A DNA stretch of 64,000 nt from a bacterium (GTDB taxonomy: Bacteria; UBA8248; JACPRG01; G963555815): the NCBI GenBank assembly GCA_965218795.1, contig OZ244653.1, positions 4,288,001 through 4,352,000 on the forward strand, in the 5' to 3' direction. The notes under the pieces are model-generated. The model saw only the letters and a program-made list of their open reading frames with translations. It was not told the DNA's origin and did no database searches. This document shows positions 61,573 to 64,000 of the stretch, piece after piece (the stretch's first letter is position 1; the number at the start of each line of letters is the position of its first letter). Made by a program: the position numbers and the translations under genes.

Positions 61573-64000
61573 ATGTCAAGTGAGGTTCTATTTCCAGTCA
61601 CAGGATGCTGGGTTAAGCGTCGCTGCACCAAGGGGCCATTGGGGCGGGTAGAAGAAGTGCACCGCAACGAATCAGCATCAAATCAGGTAAAGGTAAATTG
61701 GGGACAAGGCGAGCCTGAATGGTTGGTTGTCGATGAATTGGAGCCGGGATTTCAGCGCAAATGGACCGTTCAGGACGTGCCGGTCTCCGCAACGCGTAAG
61801 TCCCTGGGGCAAGGTCGCGTCGTAGGCAAACGCGAATTGGGCGGCCGCCACCAGCTTCTCGTGCAACTCGACGATAACGGACGCTCGGTCTGGCTGCCCT
61901 ACGAAAACCTGCGCCGGATTAAAGATGTGCGCATGCGCTATCAACGCACGGAGACAGGTACCGATAACCATGCCGAAAGGTTCCGCCTTCGTCTGCTGGC
62001 GCACGCTCTCGAAAACTGGAACCACCTCACCGGCTCGCTAGATCGGCTTGAGGTCGATCCGTTGCCGCATCAAATCCAGCTCGTCCACCGGATACTGAGT
62101 TCCGGTAACTACAATTGGCTGATTGCCGATGACGTTGGGTTGGGCAAGACCATCGAAGTCGGGCTGTTGCTTGCGGCTCTCAAGCGCAAGGGACAGGCGC
62201 GGCGCGTATTGATAGTTTCACCCGCCGGTCTCGTGCGTCAATGGCAAGATGAACTCTCCTACAAGTTCGCTCAAGAAGCCCAAATCTACGGGCGCGATTT
62301 CACCATCAACAAGCCGGAGCACTGGAAGTTATACGACCAAGTCATCGTCTCCATCGATCTCGCCAAGCGAGAGAACCACATGCAGGCGTTCCGAGAAGCG
62401 GGAGGATGGGACATCATCGTGTTTGATGAGGGGCACAAACTTACGCGACATGCGAGCGGAGAACGGGCGGATCGATACAAACTGGCGGAAATGCTAAGGT
62501 CGATGGCGGACGCATTTCTCCTCCTCAGCGGCACCCCGCACCAAGGCTATACGGATCGTTTCATCGCGATTCTTGAACTCGTGCGGCCTGATCTAAGCCC
62601 GAGAATACACACTCTCGAGGCCAACCCTGAAATTGTCGGCGATATGATTTTGCGGAACCGCAAGAGCGAGGTCACCGACGCCGACGGAGGGTTTATCTTC
62701 AAGGGGCAGCAAATCCATAGAGTTGCAGTGGAACCATCCGATCAAACGAAAGAATTCCAACGGCGTTTGAACAAGTACCTAAGGCACGGCTACCGGGCGG
62801 GAGAGCAAATGGGGGACGCTGGGCGCGCCATTGGTTTCGTCATGACAACCTACAGGAAGCTCTCCTCATCAAGCATCGCGGCGATCGATCGCGGGCTTAG
62901 GCTTCGTCTTGATCGCCTATTGCAGAGCGTGAATGGACACGACGAGAACGATCTGGCAGTTGATCTGACGTTCGGTGATGATGAACTTACCGAAGGCGGG
63001 GACGATCAGGACGATCTGGCATCGAGTTCGACGAGAGCGACGGAATTTTTTGATCATGAAAAAGAGGTGATCGAAGGTCTGCTTGCGGACGCGAAGGCCG
63101 TACGGGATAACGACGAGAAACTACGGATATTTCTTGACCAGGTCGTGGCCCCGATCGTGAGCGAAGGCAAAAACCTTCTGGTCTTCACCGAATACCGGGC
63201 AACGCAATCCTACCTTAAGGAGGCGCTCGAAGAGCGATTCTCCGATATTGGTGAAGTCGTGCTGATAAATGGTTCGATGAAGCTGGAGGAGAAGCTGGAG
63301 GCAATCGAAGCATTCAACCAACCCGCGCGATTCATGATTTCGACGGAGGCCGGTGGCGAGGGAATCAACCTTCACGAGTCATGTCACGTGATGGTGAACT
63401 ACGACCTGCCATGGAACCCGGCGCGGCTGGTCCAGCGTATCGGAAGGCTATACCGCTACGGGCAGAGCGAAACCGTCGTCGTGTTCAATCTCCACGCCCG
63501 CGATAGCTTCGATAACAAGGCCATTGATTTGATGATGGATCGCGTCATCCAGATCGCGCGGGACATGGCGCCCGTGGGCGCAGAGTACAATGATCGGCTT
63601 CATGCCGAAATTCTCGGCGAGGTGCTGGATAATCTCGATTTCGCATCCATCCTCCAATCGGCAACCGCGATGCAAATCGAATATACACATGAGCAAATTG
63701 ATGAAGCGTTAGCACGGGCGGAACGTGCGAAGCTCTTGCAGGATGAGATTTTCACGCACGTGGCTGGTTACGACCCGAATGCTCTGAGCGGCACCCTCGG
63801 TTTCACCATGCAACACGTCGACGTGTTCATCCGCGGAATGTTGCCAACTGTCGGGATCAAACTTGAAACGACTTTATACGACGGCGCGGTTAAGGAAATC
63901 CGGCTGCCCGAAACGCTTCGGGGCCAGTTCCCGGAGTTTGGGCAACGGACCGTGGTGAGGGTTACGACAGACCGCCGCCTCGCGCAGCGTCTTCGTGATG
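61573..64000 (+). CDS. SNF2/RapA-like SF2 helicase (partial, runs off window end)
   Basis: Not in ORF track. Open frame from ATG 61573 with DPLPHQ, IADDVGLGKT, DEGH, LSGTPHQG, STEAGGEGINL and YDLPWNPARLVQRIGR. Confidence 0.92.
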   Translation, partial: MSSEVLFPVTGCWVKRRCTKGPLGRVEEVHRNESASNQVKVNWGQGEPEWLVVDELEPGFQRKWTVQDVPVSATRKSLGQGRVVGKRELGGRHQLLVQLDDNGRSVWLPYENLRRIKDVRMRYQRTETGTDNHAERFRLRLLAHALENWNHLTGSLDRLEVDPLPHQIQLVHRILSSGNYNWLIADDVGLGKTIEVGLLLAALKRKGQARRVLIVSPAGLVRQWQDELSYKFAQEAQIYGRDFTINKPEHWKLYDQVIVSIDLAKRENHMQAFREAGGWDIIVFDEGHKLTRHASGERADRYKLAEMLRSMADAFLLLSGTPHQGYTDRFIAILELVRPDLSPRIHTLEANPEIVGDMILRNRKSEVTDADGGFIFKGQQIHRVAVEPSDQTKEFQRRLNKYLRHGYRAGEQMGDAGRAIGFVMTTYRKLSSSSIAAIDRGLRLRLDRLLQSVNGHDENDLAVDLTFGDDELTEGGDDQDDLASSSTRATEFFDHEKEVIEGLLADAKAVRDNDEKLRIFLDQVVAPIVSEGKNLLVFTEYRATQSYLKEALEERFSDIGEVVLINGSMKLEEKLEAIEAFNQPARFMISTEAGGEGINLHESCHVMVNYDLPWNPARLVQRIGRLYRYGQSETVVVFNLHARDSFDNKAIDLMMDRVIQIARDMAPVGAEYNDRLHAEILGEVLDNLDFASILQSATAMQIEYTHEQIDEALARAERAKLLQDEIFTHVAGYDPNALSGTLGFTMQHVDVFIRGMLPTVGIKLETTLYDGAVKEIRLPETLRGQFPEFGQRTVVRVTTDRRLAQRLRD

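Overview
GC-rich Gram-negative bacterial chromosome segment. About 1-37.6 kb is a core envelope and housekeeping region, mostly on the minus strand: LPS core and ADP-heptose genes, lptFG, lpxK-waaA-lpxB-lpxI-lpxA-fabZ-lpxD-skp-bamA, clpC, lolD/lolC-E, lysS, prfB with its programmed +1 frameshift, lnt, uvrBC, an HNH gene and PBP1A. About 38-56 kb is mixed metabolism: thiolase, kdsD/kdsC, a methylmalonyl-CoA mutase large subunit, citrate synthase, an ABC importer flanked by two hydrolases, an IS5 pseudogene, an OmpA/MotB-like lipoprotein, an MFS transporter and kdsA. From about 56.1 kb to the window end lies a visibly more AT-rich accessory or defence island. It starts at dRS3-like inverted repeats and holds two HEPN-like genes separated by an apparent hsdR relic, an intact IS630, a VapBC pair, an uncharacterised acidic protein with clamp-binding-like motifs, and a RapA/SNF2-type helicase that runs off the window. 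I saw no rRNA, tRNA or CRISPR array. All calls come from motif recognition by eye, not database searches.
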